Source: an uncultured bacterium
GTDB lineage: Bacteria > Zixibacteria > MSB-5A5 > GN15 > FEB-12
Assembly: GCA_965372795.1 (NCBI GenBank)
Contig: CBDVDR010000016.1
Location: forward strand, 1-64,000
Direction of reading: 5' to 3'
Length of the DNA: 64,000 nucleotides
The translations under genes and the position numbers were made by a program. A model generated the notes under the pieces. That model was not told where the DNA came from, made no database searches, and saw nothing but the letters and a program-made list of their open reading frames with translations. Shown one piece after another: positions 20,447-30,586 of the stretch; position 1 is the first letter of the stretch, and each line of letters begins with the position of its first letter.

Positions 20447-22287
20447 GGGCTTTGAAGCACTGGATAATATTGTCCATACTGATATTTGTAATTTCATCCA
20501 ATGTTTATAGTGGCAATTTAAATATCAGAACTATTGGTCATGAGACTATTGAAGCATCCGGTATAAGTCGGTTATCAGAAATTTTCACTCTTATACCTGA
20601 ATGGCCGGTTAGCTCTATTGATCGCGTTACCTGGCAGGTTAACCCAAACGGAATGGGGACCTATCAGCACTCACGGTGGAAAATATTTCTTGATGGAGTG
20701 ATGTTAGAGTTGGACTTTGTGGGAAGCAAACCGTTGGATATGATTCCGATAACAATGAATCAATTAGACTATGTGGAAGTTATTAATTCATCGGGGATAT
20801 ATTATGGGGAGTTTATAGATGATGGTGCGATACATATTCATACTAAAAAACCTTATGAAGATAAATCTTTATCTATAGAAGCTAATCTTGCCAATGAAAC
20901 CGGTGACCCGGGACCTTATCGCTACACCGAACATTTCAGCCCGAATATTGATCGCCTTGGAGAATCAATCGCAGCCGATTTTTCCAAGCGATTTAACAAT
21001 TCTGCTTTTAAAATTAATTTCAAAAACGATATACACTTCCCTACCGATGTAGCTGTTAGGGAAAGAAATATTGCTTTATCTGGAAAGCACCCCAAACAGA
21101 CATTATATGCAAGTTCATTTAGTTATAACACCGACTTTAATTATACTGACATTAATTGGATTAAATCTATTTCCGGTGGCTATTCATATTTTGAAAATTT
21201 CAATTTCAATGAATTCACAAAACAGGAAAAGTATGAAATTGAGCGGTTCTCTTATATATCAATAAGAGGTAATTTAACAAAGAAACACAATTTAAAATAC
21301 GAAACATCATTTCAATCTAACAAAACAAATGACTATCAAATCAACAATTTAACTGCCAAAGGGTCATATAATTTATCCCGAGTAAATTACGAAAATACTT
21401 TCGGTTTGAAATTTAATTTGATTTCGAATGCAAGCATAAATCAAAATAACTCGTTATTTAATTTTACTATAAGTAATAAGTTCTTCCGACGTTATTCGAA
21501 CAGATTTAAACAAAACTATGAAATTTCAATGTCAGCAGTTGATGGTAGATTAGGATTTGATATTAATATTGGGTCGAAATTGATTCATTTAAGAAATAAT
21601 TATCTAAAACTAAATATTTCATTTGTAAACAGGCAGTTCAATCAAGACTATCAATATTGGCTCTATCGAGATATAAACTCAAATTCAGGACAATTAGAAT
21701 ATTTTAAAAACATAAAAATATTATCTGCTCAAGTAAGCTGGTTTTCATTGATTAATAAAACTCTTACGTTAACTGTGAACAACCGCTTTAATTTTATTTA
21801 TGATTATTATTATAATTACCAAAACAATTTGAACATATCTGATGGATTCAGTTATAGTGGCGGAATAAATATTAATTTGATTCCTTCTGAGAAATTTAAT
21901 ATCAATTTTGACTATAATCTCATTCTAGCAAATTCTGTTTCGGATGAATTAAAGGAATTATGGAATAGCCTACAGAAACATACTTTGCAAACAAGCATCC
22001 GATATAATCCGGTAAAGAATCTTTCTTTATGGGGAAGAATTAAATATACCAGTGCGACCTATTGGTCGGACTATGAACAGATTACGAATCAATCAGATGG
22101 TAAATATTCTTCAAATATTAATGAGATATTTCTAATTGATATAACCGCCCGGAAGTTACTTCAGGATGGAAAATATACATTTGCAGTCGGAGTGCGAAAT
22201 CTATTAAACAAAATTCAGCGCTACCATCCTTTAGGGGCACAGTTTGATCTGAACTATTATATCAATTTAAAAGCCCGGATTTTGTAA
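20443..22287 (+). CDS. TonB-dependent receptor-like outer membrane protein
   Basis: Plug-like N-terminus (LDYVEVI...GAIHIHTK), C-terminal GVRNLLNK...Y motif; GTG start overlaps the upstream TGA. Confidence 0.7.
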   Translation: MRALKHWIILSILIFVISSNVYSGNLNIRTIGHETIEASGISRLSEIFTLIPEWPVSSIDRVTWQVNPNGMGTYQHSRWKIFLDGVMLELDFVGSKPLDMIPITMNQLDYVEVINSSGIYYGEFIDDGAIHIHTKKPYEDKSLSIEANLANETGDPGPYRYTEHFSPNIDRLGESIAADFSKRFNNSAFKINFKNDIHFPTDVAVRERNIALSGKHPKQTLYASSFSYNTDFNYTDINWIKSISGGYSYFENFNFNEFTKQEKYEIERFSYISIRGNLTKKHNLKYETSFQSNKTNDYQINNLTAKGSYNLSRVNYENTFGLKFNLISNASINQNNSLFNFTISNKFFRRYSNRFKQNYEISMSAVDGRLGFDINIGSKLIHLRNNYLKLNISFVNRQFNQDYQYWLYRDINSNSGQLEYFKNIKILSAQVSWFSLINKTLTLTVNNRFNFIYDYYYNYQNNLNISDGFSYSGGININLIPSEKFNINFDYNLILANSVSDELKELWNSLQKHTLQTSIRYNPVKNLSLWGRIKYTSATYWSDYEQITNQSDGKYSSNINEIFLIDITARKLLQDGKYTFAVGVRNLLNKIQRYHPLGAQFDLNYYINLKARIL

Positions 22288-22312
22288 GAGAACGCCAAAT
22301 AAATAATGTCAC

Positions 22313-22522
22313 TTACTCTTTGACTAAAAGAACGTTGATAGCTTTCACAATCACTCGGACTTTGTCGCCCTTTTTAAGTTCCATCTCATCAAGAGATTCG
22401 ATTGTCATGACCGAACTCATTTTACATTCTGCCGGGATATCCAACTTTACTTTGCACATCATCGTGCCTTTATCAATAGCTGTGACCTCGCCGATAATTT
22501 GATTCCTTGCTCCAAACTTCAC
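22313..22522 (-). CDS. TOBE domain molybdate-binding (Mop) protein
   Basis: ARNQIIGEV, SVMTIESLDEMELKKGD, IVKA. Confidence 0.88.
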   Translation of the reverse strand: MKFGARNQIIGEVTAIDKGTMMCKVKLDIPAECKMSSVMTIESLDEMELKKGDKVRVIVKAINVLLVKE

Positions 22523-22539
22523 CTTAACTCCTTTGTATA

Positions 22540-22824
22540 TTATCCCAATAATTTTGAAAAATCATCATACGGGATAACCGGCCAGGTTTCCGTATTTATA
22601 ATGCCTTGAGCATTTATTTCTGAGGCTACCTTGAAGGCGTCTCTTTGATCAAGGGCTTCAAAAGCGACCAGGAAATCATATCTGCCAAGGGTAGCAAATA
22701 TGTATTCTACTTTTAATTCCATACGTGAAAAGACTTCCATTGATTCGTTCACACAATGTGAAAGATTCGGGTGCTTTTTTTTAGCATCCGGATTGATACT
22801 CATGGCCATAATAAAATTCGTCAT
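22540..22824 (-). CDS. GYD domain protein
   Basis: ATLGRYDF motif, 94 aa. Confidence 0.8.
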   Translation of the reverse strand: MTNFIMAMSINPDAKKKHPNLSHCVNESMEVFSRMELKVEYIFATLGRYDFLVAFEALDQRDAFKVASEINAQGIINTETWPVIPYDDFSKLLG

Positions 22825-22917
22825 AAAACACCTCCTGCTTATTACTATCTAAATTTACGTTTCCAGAAGGAAAGATACAAACTTTATGAATTATTTTTTG
22901 AGCGGAAACTTATCTAT

Positions 22918-23880
22918 TTATGCTGAAACTATTTCCGGATTTTTATCGAAATCTTCAGACAATTCCGATTCAAACGGATTTTCCATTTGCCAGCCGGTTT
23001 TTCCGGTTGATCTAAAATGTTCAAGCCGTCTGATTGAGAGTTCGGCAAAGATCGGATCGATATCTATCGTAAAACATCGCCGGTTTAATTTTTCACAGGC
23101 GATCAGGGTTGTTCCTGAATGTGAGAAGAAGTCGGTTACTATCTCTTTTTCTTTGGAAGAGGCAAAAATTATTCGCTCGATAGCTTTGAGCGGTTTTTGA
23201 GCATAACAGCCGTTAACATTTTCTACCATGCGGTAAAAAACCTGCTGTATGTCAACCCATACATTGCCGGAACGAATATTGGGCGATTTGCTTCGTTCGA
23301 TATTTTCTGTTACAGTGCCGTTGATTTCTTTATAATAACCACGGAGTATTTTGGGGATATCAGTATATTGGACCTTAAAACTCGGATTCCCTTTAGTATA
23401 GTAGAGCAGCTCCTGACGGATTGCCATCCAGTTTTTCTGAGTCCCATACCCGCGTTGGTTACGCATGGTAATTAATGATCGGGATTTAAAATCTGTGTCA
23501 GCCATCATAATCATGAATTGGGGCAATGGCTGAAAATTATCATTTTGATCAGCACCCAGCCAAATATATAAGGATGCATCGTCATTTAAAATTTTATAAG
23601 AACCATCAATCCAAATTTGGCACCATTCGATAAATTCATCGACCGATTTTTTCTCAAACATGACCAAATTATATGGCGGATCATGAAGAGCTATTGCGGC
23701 TTTATCGCCAGAAAATAGTTTTGAGATAAAATCATAATCAGAGGCATCTCCACAGCCAATCCGATGTTTCCCCAGAGGGTCTTCCCAGATCTCCCCCGGC
23801 TGCAATCTGCACTGCGGTAATAAGCGGTTGCGGATACTCCCTGTATCCAAATCCAACCGCGGAAAAGAATTCCGTTTCAT
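22918..23880 (-). CDS. Site-specific DNA methyltransferase (N4/N6, beta class), orphan
   Basis: DPPY precedes AQKP and DFFSHSGTT; no adjacent endonuclease. Confidence 0.85.
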   Translation of the reverse strand: MKRNSFPRLDLDTGSIRNRLLPQCRLQPGEIWEDPLGKHRIGCGDASDYDFISKLFSGDKAAIALHDPPYNLVMFEKKSVDEFIEWCQIWIDGSYKILNDDASLYIWLGADQNDNFQPLPQFMIMMADTDFKSRSLITMRNQRGYGTQKNWMAIRQELLYYTKGNPSFKVQYTDIPKILRGYYKEINGTVTENIERSKSPNIRSGNVWVDIQQVFYRMVENVNGCYAQKPLKAIERIIFASSKEKEIVTDFFSHSGTTLIACEKLNRRCFTIDIDPIFAELSIRRLEHFRSTGKTGWQMENPFESELSEDFDKNPEIVSA

Positions 23881-24114
23881 AAACCCAAGAAAGTCAAACG
23901 GCTTTTGAAGCTCAACTAAAATTTTTAATTTATATGTCTAATTGTTTAGACAGCAATAAGTTAATCAGAAAGTAAAACATATAAGAAAAGACAATCGTCA
24001 CGAAACCACGTAACCGCACATAATCTGTTGCACTACATGTACTTATCGAAGCACTTGTATATTTATGGGTAATATCATTTGATTAATAGAAAAATTTTAG
24101 TAATATAGAGTACT

Positions 24115-24603
24115 ATGTCAGACAAAATGTTATGGGCGCCGTGGCGTTACGGCTTCATTAAAAGTGAGAAAGAAAAGGGCTGCATTTTCTGTAACCGGAT
24201 TAAAATGAAAGATTCTATTAAGAATCTCATTGTTTACCGGACGGATAAATCCTGTCTGATTTTGAATAAGTTTCCTTATAATTCCGGTCATGCTATGATT
24301 GTACCTAAGCGACATATTGGTCAGATAGAGAAACTTAATGAGCAGGAATCAGCAGATTTTTTTAAATTGATTCAATTGTCTGTAAAAATAATCAAAAAAG
24401 TGTTAACACCGGATTCGATGAACCTTGGAATGAATCTTGGTCGCAGTTCCGGGGCGGGTATCCCGGGGCATCTTCATATGCACATCGTTCCCCGATGGCT
24501 TGGTGATACTAATTTTATGCCGGTTATTGGAAAAACTAAAATTGTGTCAGTTCCAATTAAGCCGATATATGATGCTCTTAAGAAAGAATTCTCGAAAATA
24601 TGA
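24115..24603 (+). CDS. HIT family protein (Ap4A hydrolase/phosphorylase-like)
   Basis: WAPWR, CIFC, NKFPYNSGH, HLHMHIVPRW. Confidence 0.9.
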   Translation: MSDKMLWAPWRYGFIKSEKEKGCIFCNRIKMKDSIKNLIVYRTDKSCLILNKFPYNSGHAMIVPKRHIGQIEKLNEQESADFFKLIQLSVKIIKKVLTPDSMNLGMNLGRSSGAGIPGHLHMHIVPRWLGDTNFMPVIGKTKIVSVPIKPIYDALKKEFSKI

Positions 24604-26228
24604 GTCCTCGTAAAAAAATCCCCACAAAAATTGAGCTTGAGCAGTTACAAAAGCTGTATAAAACCGATGAAAAAATCGGTGAACGATTAGGCGGGGTCCC
24701 GGCATATCTGGTGGCATACTGGCGCAGGAAAAAGAATGTCCCAAAATTTTCAATGCCAAAATTCTCAGAACGGGAAATTAGAAATCTTTGGGAACGATTC
24801 GGAGATGATGACAAATGCGGACTAGAACTGAGTATTTCCAAAGCCGCCTATTATAACTGGCGTCGTCGTTATGGGATCAAAGAAAAACCGGCGTTTTTAA
24901 AACTGGAACAACTTGAATTAAATTTCCCGGGACTCAAAACTAAAACCGGCAAACCATCGCTGTATGGCGAACGGTCAATAACTCAAAAGATATTGGCTCA
25001 ACTTAGTAATAAAGAAACGGTAAATGTTGGCGAGACGGTTGAGATTGAACCGGATCTGGTGGTTAGTCGGGTTCACAATCATGAAATTATTAATCAATTT
25101 TTAAAGCTTAGTTCTGATTATGTGTGGAATCCAAATAAGATTGCAATCTCGACTCAGCCAATAGATATAAATTCAACTGATAAACTCGCTGAAGAAAATA
25201 AGCTGGTCAGAGAATTCAGCCGGCGACAAAACATTAAAAATTTCTTCGATATGAATTCGGGTAATTGCCATCAATTGGTGGTTGAATCGGGATTGATCAA
25301 ACCCGGACAGCTTGGTTTAGGAACCGATAAAAATGTAGTCTCTTATGGTTGTCTGTCTTCCTTTGCTTCGTTAATAACACCCTCTGAGATGGCAACTATC
25401 TGGTCCAAAGGGAAATATGAATTGGATGTCCCGCCATCAATTAGAATTGACATTAATGGACGAAGATTACGTTCGGTTTCTTCAAGAGATATTGCTCTCT
25501 CGATCATAAAACAGCTTTCCAAAGAGGATGTGGTTGGCAAAGTGCTTGAGTATTATGGGTCGGTTGTCTCACGGATGAGTATCAGTGACCGCTTCACTCT
25601 TACCAATCAGGCGGCAGCGGCGGGTGCCAAAGGAGCTTTGTGCCATTTTGATTCTGCAACCCGACGGTATCTGAGCGGACGAACTAATGAAAATTATATG
25701 CCGATTATTGCTGATAAAGATGCGGTATACAATGGCATGTACCAAATCAATATCGATCAGCTAACCCCTCAGATTGCCGGACCGAATGGAAGTAGCGATG
25801 TTAAGGCTGTGGCTGAATTGGATGGTCTTCCTGTCCAGCAGATTATAATCGGTTCCTGTGCCAGTGGCAGATTTGAAGATTTACGAATCGGGGCTGAGAT
25901 ATTAAAAGGGAATAAAGTAAGCGCTGACTGCCGTTTAATTATTATACCGGGATCATTAGCGGTGTACCTTGATGCTCTAAAAAAAGGTTTGATTCGAGTT
26001 TACATTGAAGCCGGAGCTATGATTTTAAATCCCGGGTATCCGGTTGAAATGAATAGAATAATCAAATCGCTCGCCTCGGGTGAACGTTGTCTGGCAACTA
26101 TTAATAATATTTTTAAGCAGGCGCACGAAACTGAGAATAAAAAAGAAGTTTATATATGTTCACCGGCAACAGCAGCGGCATCGGCGATCAACGCCGCAGT
26201 AACCGATCCGACAAGGTACATGGGGTGA
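24600..26228 (+). CDS. Aconitase/LeuC large-subunit homologue fused to N-terminal tandem HTH-like domains; degenerate Fe-S motifs
   Basis: LeuC-like core (CHQ, GSCASGRFEDL, SPATAAASA), but NPGCxxC is replaced by NPGYPVE and DSHT by DKNV; two N-terminal W-RR HTH-like repeats. Confidence 0.75.
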   Translation: MSPRKKIPTKIELEQLQKLYKTDEKIGERLGGVPAYLVAYWRRKKNVPKFSMPKFSEREIRNLWERFGDDDKCGLELSISKAAYYNWRRRYGIKEKPAFLKLEQLELNFPGLKTKTGKPSLYGERSITQKILAQLSNKETVNVGETVEIEPDLVVSRVHNHEIINQFLKLSSDYVWNPNKIAISTQPIDINSTDKLAEENKLVREFSRRQNIKNFFDMNSGNCHQLVVESGLIKPGQLGLGTDKNVVSYGCLSSFASLITPSEMATIWSKGKYELDVPPSIRIDINGRRLRSVSSRDIALSIIKQLSKEDVVGKVLEYYGSVVSRMSISDRFTLTNQAAAAGAKGALCHFDSATRRYLSGRTNENYMPIIADKDAVYNGMYQINIDQLTPQIAGPNGSSDVKAVAELDGLPVQQIIIGSCASGRFEDLRIGAEILKGNKVSADCRLIIIPGSLAVYLDALKKGLIRVYIEAGAMILNPGYPVEMNRIIKSLASGERCLATINNIFKQAHETENKKEVYICSPATAAASAINAAVTDPTRYMG

Positions 26229-26309
26229 GTGACATTAATACATTAATAGTCTTTTTAAAAATATAAACCGGCATTCTTGTCTATAAGCTTTGTCATTAAA
26301 ATCCGAAGG

Positions 26310-26477
26310 TTAAACCTTTGCGGTGTGAAAACCTAAACAAGCACTGCATTCCGGGCAAATATAAACAGATCGTTTGCCCAAATCGCCCTTCATTTCCTGA
26401 TAACAAATTTTCCTAATCTGTTTTTTACAATGCGGGCAGATAGGAACGATACTGTCATTTTTTTCAAAAAACATCAT
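26310..26477 (-). CDS. Small zinc-finger protein (55 aa, CPHC...CPEC), absent from the ORF track; possible frameshift near the C-terminus
   Basis: GGAGG RBS before ATG; translates as MMFFEKNDSIVPICPHCKKQIRKICYQEMKGDLGKRSVYICPECSACLGFHTAKV. Confidence 0.65.
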   Translation of the reverse strand: MMFFEKNDSIVPICPHCKKQIRKICYQEMKGDLGKRSVYICPECSACLGFHTAKV

Positions 26478-26602
26478 AACGACCTCCACAAGTTTATCTT
26501 AAATACTATAATTTTCTTACAATATTCAAATAAACAAGCGAAGCTTGTGAACTTTCAATGTTAAGATTCTGTTAAAATATGCACTACTAATTAGATTAAT
26601 AA

Positions 26603-27142
26603 ATGAAAGGATTTAAAATGGAACGTTCAAATGTAATTACAATGCAAGGCAACCCGCTAACACTTGTTGGTCAGGAACTAAAAGTAGGTGATAAAGCACC
26701 TGATTTTACTCTGCTTGATAATGGTTTGGGTGAAGTCAAACAATCAGATTTTTCGGGCAAACCTCGTTTAATTTCGATTGTCCCCTCGCTTGATACCGGA
26801 ACCTGTTCTTTGCAGACAAAAACATTTAATGATAGAATTGCCGAACTTTCTGATAAAGCTCAGGCGATTACTGTTTCGGCTGATCTCCCCTTTGCTCAAG
26901 CGCGTTTCGCCGATGCCGAGAAAATTGAAAAAATTAAGATTTTATCTGATCATCGCACTACCAAGTTTGGTGAAGATTACGGGCTTTTGATTAAAGAGCT
27001 TCGTCTTTTAACCCGAGCTGTCATTGTTGTTGATAAAAATGATACTATCACTCATTTGGAAATCGTACCCGAAGTTTCCACCGAGCCAAATTATACGACT
27101 GCCTTGGATGCTCTAAACAAGGCGATCAACGAACCAGTTTAA
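26603..27142 (+). CDS. tpx: Thiol peroxidase (atypical 2-Cys peroxiredoxin Tpx; start possibly 26618)
   Basis: VPSLDTGTC, SADLPFAQARF, LLTRAV, EPNY. Confidence 0.92.
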   Translation: MKGFKMERSNVITMQGNPLTLVGQELKVGDKAPDFTLLDNGLGEVKQSDFSGKPRLISIVPSLDTGTCSLQTKTFNDRIAELSDKAQAITVSADLPFAQARFADAEKIEKIKILSDHRTTKFGEDYGLLIKELRLLTRAVIVVDKNDTITHLEIVPEVSTEPNYTTALDALNKAINEPV

Positions 27143-27160
27143 CTGGTTTTATTACTAAAT

Positions 27161-27198
27161 AAAAGAAGGCAGTTAATAAAATATCTGCCTTTTTATTT
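27161..27198. terminator. Bidirectional intrinsic terminator between tpx and the convergent gene
   Basis: AAGGCAG...CTGCCTT stem flanked by A and T tracts. Confidence 0.55.
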
Positions 27199-27199
27199 T

Positions 27200-27541
27200 T
27201 CAATTTTTTTCAGGGGGATCCGGGTTGTCTTCCTCATCCGGTTCCGGCTCTTTTTTGGTTTCCAATTTTCGAGATAATGGCGTAAACATAAACAAGATCA
27301 GTAATAGTGCCGGTAAAAATATTGGTAAATATGATGCCAATATCGGCACATTTTCACTGGGGACATCAGGTTGCGAGGCTGCCGGATCGCCATGTGAGCG
27401 CCATCCTCCGTTACCATCGGGAACCCAGCAATCTTCTCCCGACCACATATCATAAGACGGTCCGTAAGTTACTTTTAAAACTATCGACGGAGCCAGGTAC
27501 AGCAGGAAGATTCCTATCAACAAATATAGATTATTTCTCAT
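27200..27541 (-). CDS. Hypothetical membrane protein
   Basis: Two TM helices flanking a GEDCW...GGW..HGDP loop. Confidence 0.6.
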   Translation of the reverse strand: MRNNLYLLIGIFLLYLAPSIVLKVTYGPSYDMWSGEDCWVPDGNGGWRSHGDPAASQPDVPSENVPILASYLPIFLPALLLILFMFTPLSRKLETKKEPEPDEEDNPDPPEKN

Positions 27542-27731
27542 ATTTAAAATTAACAGAAGTTATGACAGTTAGTCAAGTTTTGCTTTTACCGGATTTCTGG
27601 AAATTCTAGTATTTTGCTTGTAACATTATGTTGCAAATTGATAAGCATAAAATTATTATGGAATGTAATTAGAAATTAAATAAATATAATCAGGTGAAAA
27701 ACGATAATTTTCAGATAAAAAGAGTAATAAT

Positions 27732-28289
27732 ATGAGCGATAAAAAATTATTTCCAACCCAGCCATCAATGGTTGGGAAAAAAGTGTATCTTCGTCCGGCT
27801 ACTTCTGATGATGTGAAAAATTTTCATTATTGGAGACTTCAAGCTGAACCCCAATCCATTTCGTGCCGACCGCTCCCTTTTAGAACAGCAGCTGAAGATT
27901 CAGAAAATTATAAAAAAATGCAAACCTCCCTTGATAGACAATCTTTTGCGATTGTAAATAAAGATGACAAAACGCTCCTGGGTAAGATCAGTTTTTTCGA
28001 TTATAACAATCTGAATCGTTCGGCAGAGGTCGGATTAATGATTGATCCTGATGAACAGAAAAATGGTTACGGTTCTGATGCTATGAAAATTTTATGTAAA
28101 TTTTTATTCAGATATCGCGGGTTGAATAAAGTTTATGCTCAGACCAGTGAATTTAATGAAGGCTCTGTTAGTCTGCTTGAAAATCTGGGTTTCAAAAAAG
28201 ACGGAACGCTAAGGGACCATCGTTTTTATAATGGCGAGTTTCATAATGATCTGATTTATTCGCTGCTTCTCTTTGAACTCGAATGGTAG
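27732..28289 (+). CDS. GNAT family N-acetyltransferase (RimJ/RimL-like)
   Basis: VYLRP, QKNGYG, NEGSVSLLENLGFKKDG. Confidence 0.88.
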   Translation: MSDKKLFPTQPSMVGKKVYLRPATSDDVKNFHYWRLQAEPQSISCRPLPFRTAAEDSENYKKMQTSLDRQSFAIVNKDDKTLLGKISFFDYNNLNRSAEVGLMIDPDEQKNGYGSDAMKILCKFLFRYRGLNKVYAQTSEFNEGSVSLLENLGFKKDGTLRDHRFYNGEFHNDLIYSLLLFELEW

Positions 28290-28295
28290 GTGGGG

Positions 28296-28362
28296 TTGAA
28301 GTAATGTTGTAATTGTTTTAAAATTATTAGGGACAGAGTTCACACTCTGTCCCTTTTTTTTT
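28296..28362 (+). repeat. Direct repeat copy 1, including an intrinsic terminator (GGGACAGAG-TTCACA-CTCTGTCCC-T tract)
   Basis: Imperfect ~65 bp duplicate at 30587-30649. Confidence 0.6.
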
Positions 28363-28525
28363 CGTCTCAGATCAAGGAAAATTCATTTTAGATATCAGAA
28401 GCCCTGTTCTTCCTATTTTCTGATTGAGCAGTAAATAATCAATAAAGTGTTGCGTAATAGAGCTACATAGCTATATTAATTATAGACTACAAATAAATAT
28501 CAATTAAATTGCACTGGAGGATGAT

Positions 28526-30532
28526 ATGGCTAAGTTTATGCTTCCTCGATTACTGCTAAGTTTAATTTTTGCTTCATTAACTATTTCAATCAATGCTCAA
28601 ATACCACAAGTTATTAATTATCAGGGTCAATTGACTGACATTGGAGGAACACCGGTAGCTGACGGACTATACCTTATCAAGTTCCGTCTTTATGATGATC
28701 CGACTGCCGGTACAACTTTGTGGGATTCTGACTTTCGAACAATTCAGGTTACCGATGGACTCTTTTCGTATATGTTGGGTGATACTGTTACTATCCCGGC
28801 TACGGTCTTTACCAATAATTCCAATGTCTATCTTGGTATAAAAGTCAGTGCCGATCCTGAGTTATCACCGCGAAACAAGATCACATCGGTAGGATTTTCT
28901 TATCACTCTTTACTTGCCGATTCGGCTAAGGTCGCCGGAAATTCCAAGTTGTTGGATAATTTACCTTCATTGTATTATCTCGACTGGGGCAATCTAACCG
29001 GCATGCCAGCAGGTTTTGCTGACGGCATTGATAATGAAGGCAGTGGCGGTGGTGGTGATATTACAAGTGTGACCGCCGGATCCGGTTTGACAGGCGGAGG
29101 TATATCCGGCGATGTTTCATTGTCAATAGGAGCCGGTGCGATTGCCAATGGTCATTTGGCGACTAATTCTGTTACAAGCGATAAAATTCTAAACCAAACC
29201 ATAAACGGTAATGATATTGTAAACAATTCACTCGCAGGAACTCACTTAATAAACAATACAATAACTTTTAATAAAATGGGTTCAAATGGTGCCGCAGAAG
29301 GTGAAGTTATGAAAATGATAGGTGGTAACTGGACAGCGGAGCCTGATGAAACCGGTAGTGGAGGTGACATTACTGCTGTCAACTCCGGTAGCGGTCTGAT
29401 CGGTGGCGGGACATCGGGTGATGTAACCTTATCAGTTGGCACTGGTGCGATAACATCTGATCACATTGCCAACAATTCCGTTGGTACCGATAACATCCAA
29501 ATCAACTCTGTAACAACGAACAAAATTGCCAACTATGCAATAACCCATGTGAAAATAGATGATGGTGCCGTGAACGGTTCAAAAATCGCAGCCAGCTCTA
29601 TAGATCATAATCATATCGTTAACGGTGAGGTTAACTCTGATGAAATTGCTGCAGATGCCGTGACCAGTAGCAAGATACTCGATGGAGCCGTGACCAGCTC
29701 TAAAATTTATGATGGTACCATTACATCAGTTGATATAGCCAGCGGTGGTGTTGCTATGTCTAACATCAATCAATCTGGCGCAACCGAGTCTCAGGCTATC
29801 ACATGGAGTGAGAGTGAAGATGTCTGGCAGCCCTCTACTGTCGGTGATATAACATCAGTATACGGCACTGAATTAGGTGGATTGGTAGGTGGCGGCACTG
29901 AAGGTGATGTTGGTTTAAGTATTGAATATCAAGGAGTAAATTCCTATTACATTCAAGATAATACCATTGTTGATGAAGATATAAGTGCATCGGCTGATAT
30001 TGAGCCAAGTAAAATAAGAGGTGGCGCTGTTAATCACACCGATGCTCAATTAATTGAGGGGGACAAAACATTCCTCAGTTTGAGTATTGGCACAACAACA
30101 AGAAAACTGGCAGTTCCAAGTGCTGCTTTTGTTCCCAGTAGGAATACTTATTCATTTTCAAGAAACAGCTCATATTTGAGGAATACTGTTTCTTCTAATC
30201 AAGTATTTGTAGCACCTGTATTTTTGCCAGATGGTGCAATTGTTACGAAGGTTAAAGTTACTTATTATGATAATGAAGCGTCTTACGATGGACATATCGA
30301 TTTGGTCAAAGTTTATATGTATGGTGGTGGTGAGATCTTAATGGCAAGTGAAGGAACATCCGGCACGCCGGGTTTTTCAACAGTTACAGATAATACGATT
30401 ATCAGCGAAACAGTAAGTAATGATGGTTATAATTATTATTTGTCTGCAAGCATGACATACAGCAGTAACTCACTCAACATGAGACTCTATGGCGCCGAGA
30501 TTGAATACACTATTACGAAACCGCTGCCATAA
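28526..30532 (+). CDS. Secreted repetitive surface/fibre-like protein
   Basis: Signal peptide, INYQGQLTD N-terminal domain, GDITxV-GxGLxGGG repeats, 10-residue VTSSKIxDG repeats. Confidence 0.7.
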   Translation: MAKFMLPRLLLSLIFASLTISINAQIPQVINYQGQLTDIGGTPVADGLYLIKFRLYDDPTAGTTLWDSDFRTIQVTDGLFSYMLGDTVTIPATVFTNNSNVYLGIKVSADPELSPRNKITSVGFSYHSLLADSAKVAGNSKLLDNLPSLYYLDWGNLTGMPAGFADGIDNEGSGGGGDITSVTAGSGLTGGGISGDVSLSIGAGAIANGHLATNSVTSDKILNQTINGNDIVNNSLAGTHLINNTITFNKMGSNGAAEGEVMKMIGGNWTAEPDETGSGGDITAVNSGSGLIGGGTSGDVTLSVGTGAITSDHIANNSVGTDNIQINSVTTNKIANYAITHVKIDDGAVNGSKIAASSIDHNHIVNGEVNSDEIAADAVTSSKILDGAVTSSKIYDGTITSVDIASGGVAMSNINQSGATESQAITWSESEDVWQPSTVGDITSVYGTELGGLVGGGTEGDVGLSIEYQGVNSYYIQDNTIVDEDISASADIEPSKIRGGAVNHTDAQLIEGDKTFLSLSIGTTTRKLAVPSAAFVPSRNTYSFSRNSSYLRNTVSSNQVFVAPVFLPDGAIVTKVKVTYYDNEASYDGHIDLVKVYMYGGGEILMASEGTSGTPGFSTVTDNTIISETVSNDGYNYYLSASMTYSSNSLNMRLYGAEIEYTITKPLP

Positions 30533-30586
30533 GATTTTATTGCATTTGCAAGCCGTAGATTATGTGAGCAAAAGAAAATGCTTCTC

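Noticed and set aside
24600..26228. Functional leuC (3-isopropylmalate dehydratase large subunit)
   Set aside because: Two of three cluster cysteines and the DSHT motif are missing and no leuD is nearby, so the gene symbol was withheld.
28526..30532. Prophage tail-fibre gene
   Set aside because: It has a Sec signal peptide and no neighbouring phage genes; more likely a cellular surface protein.
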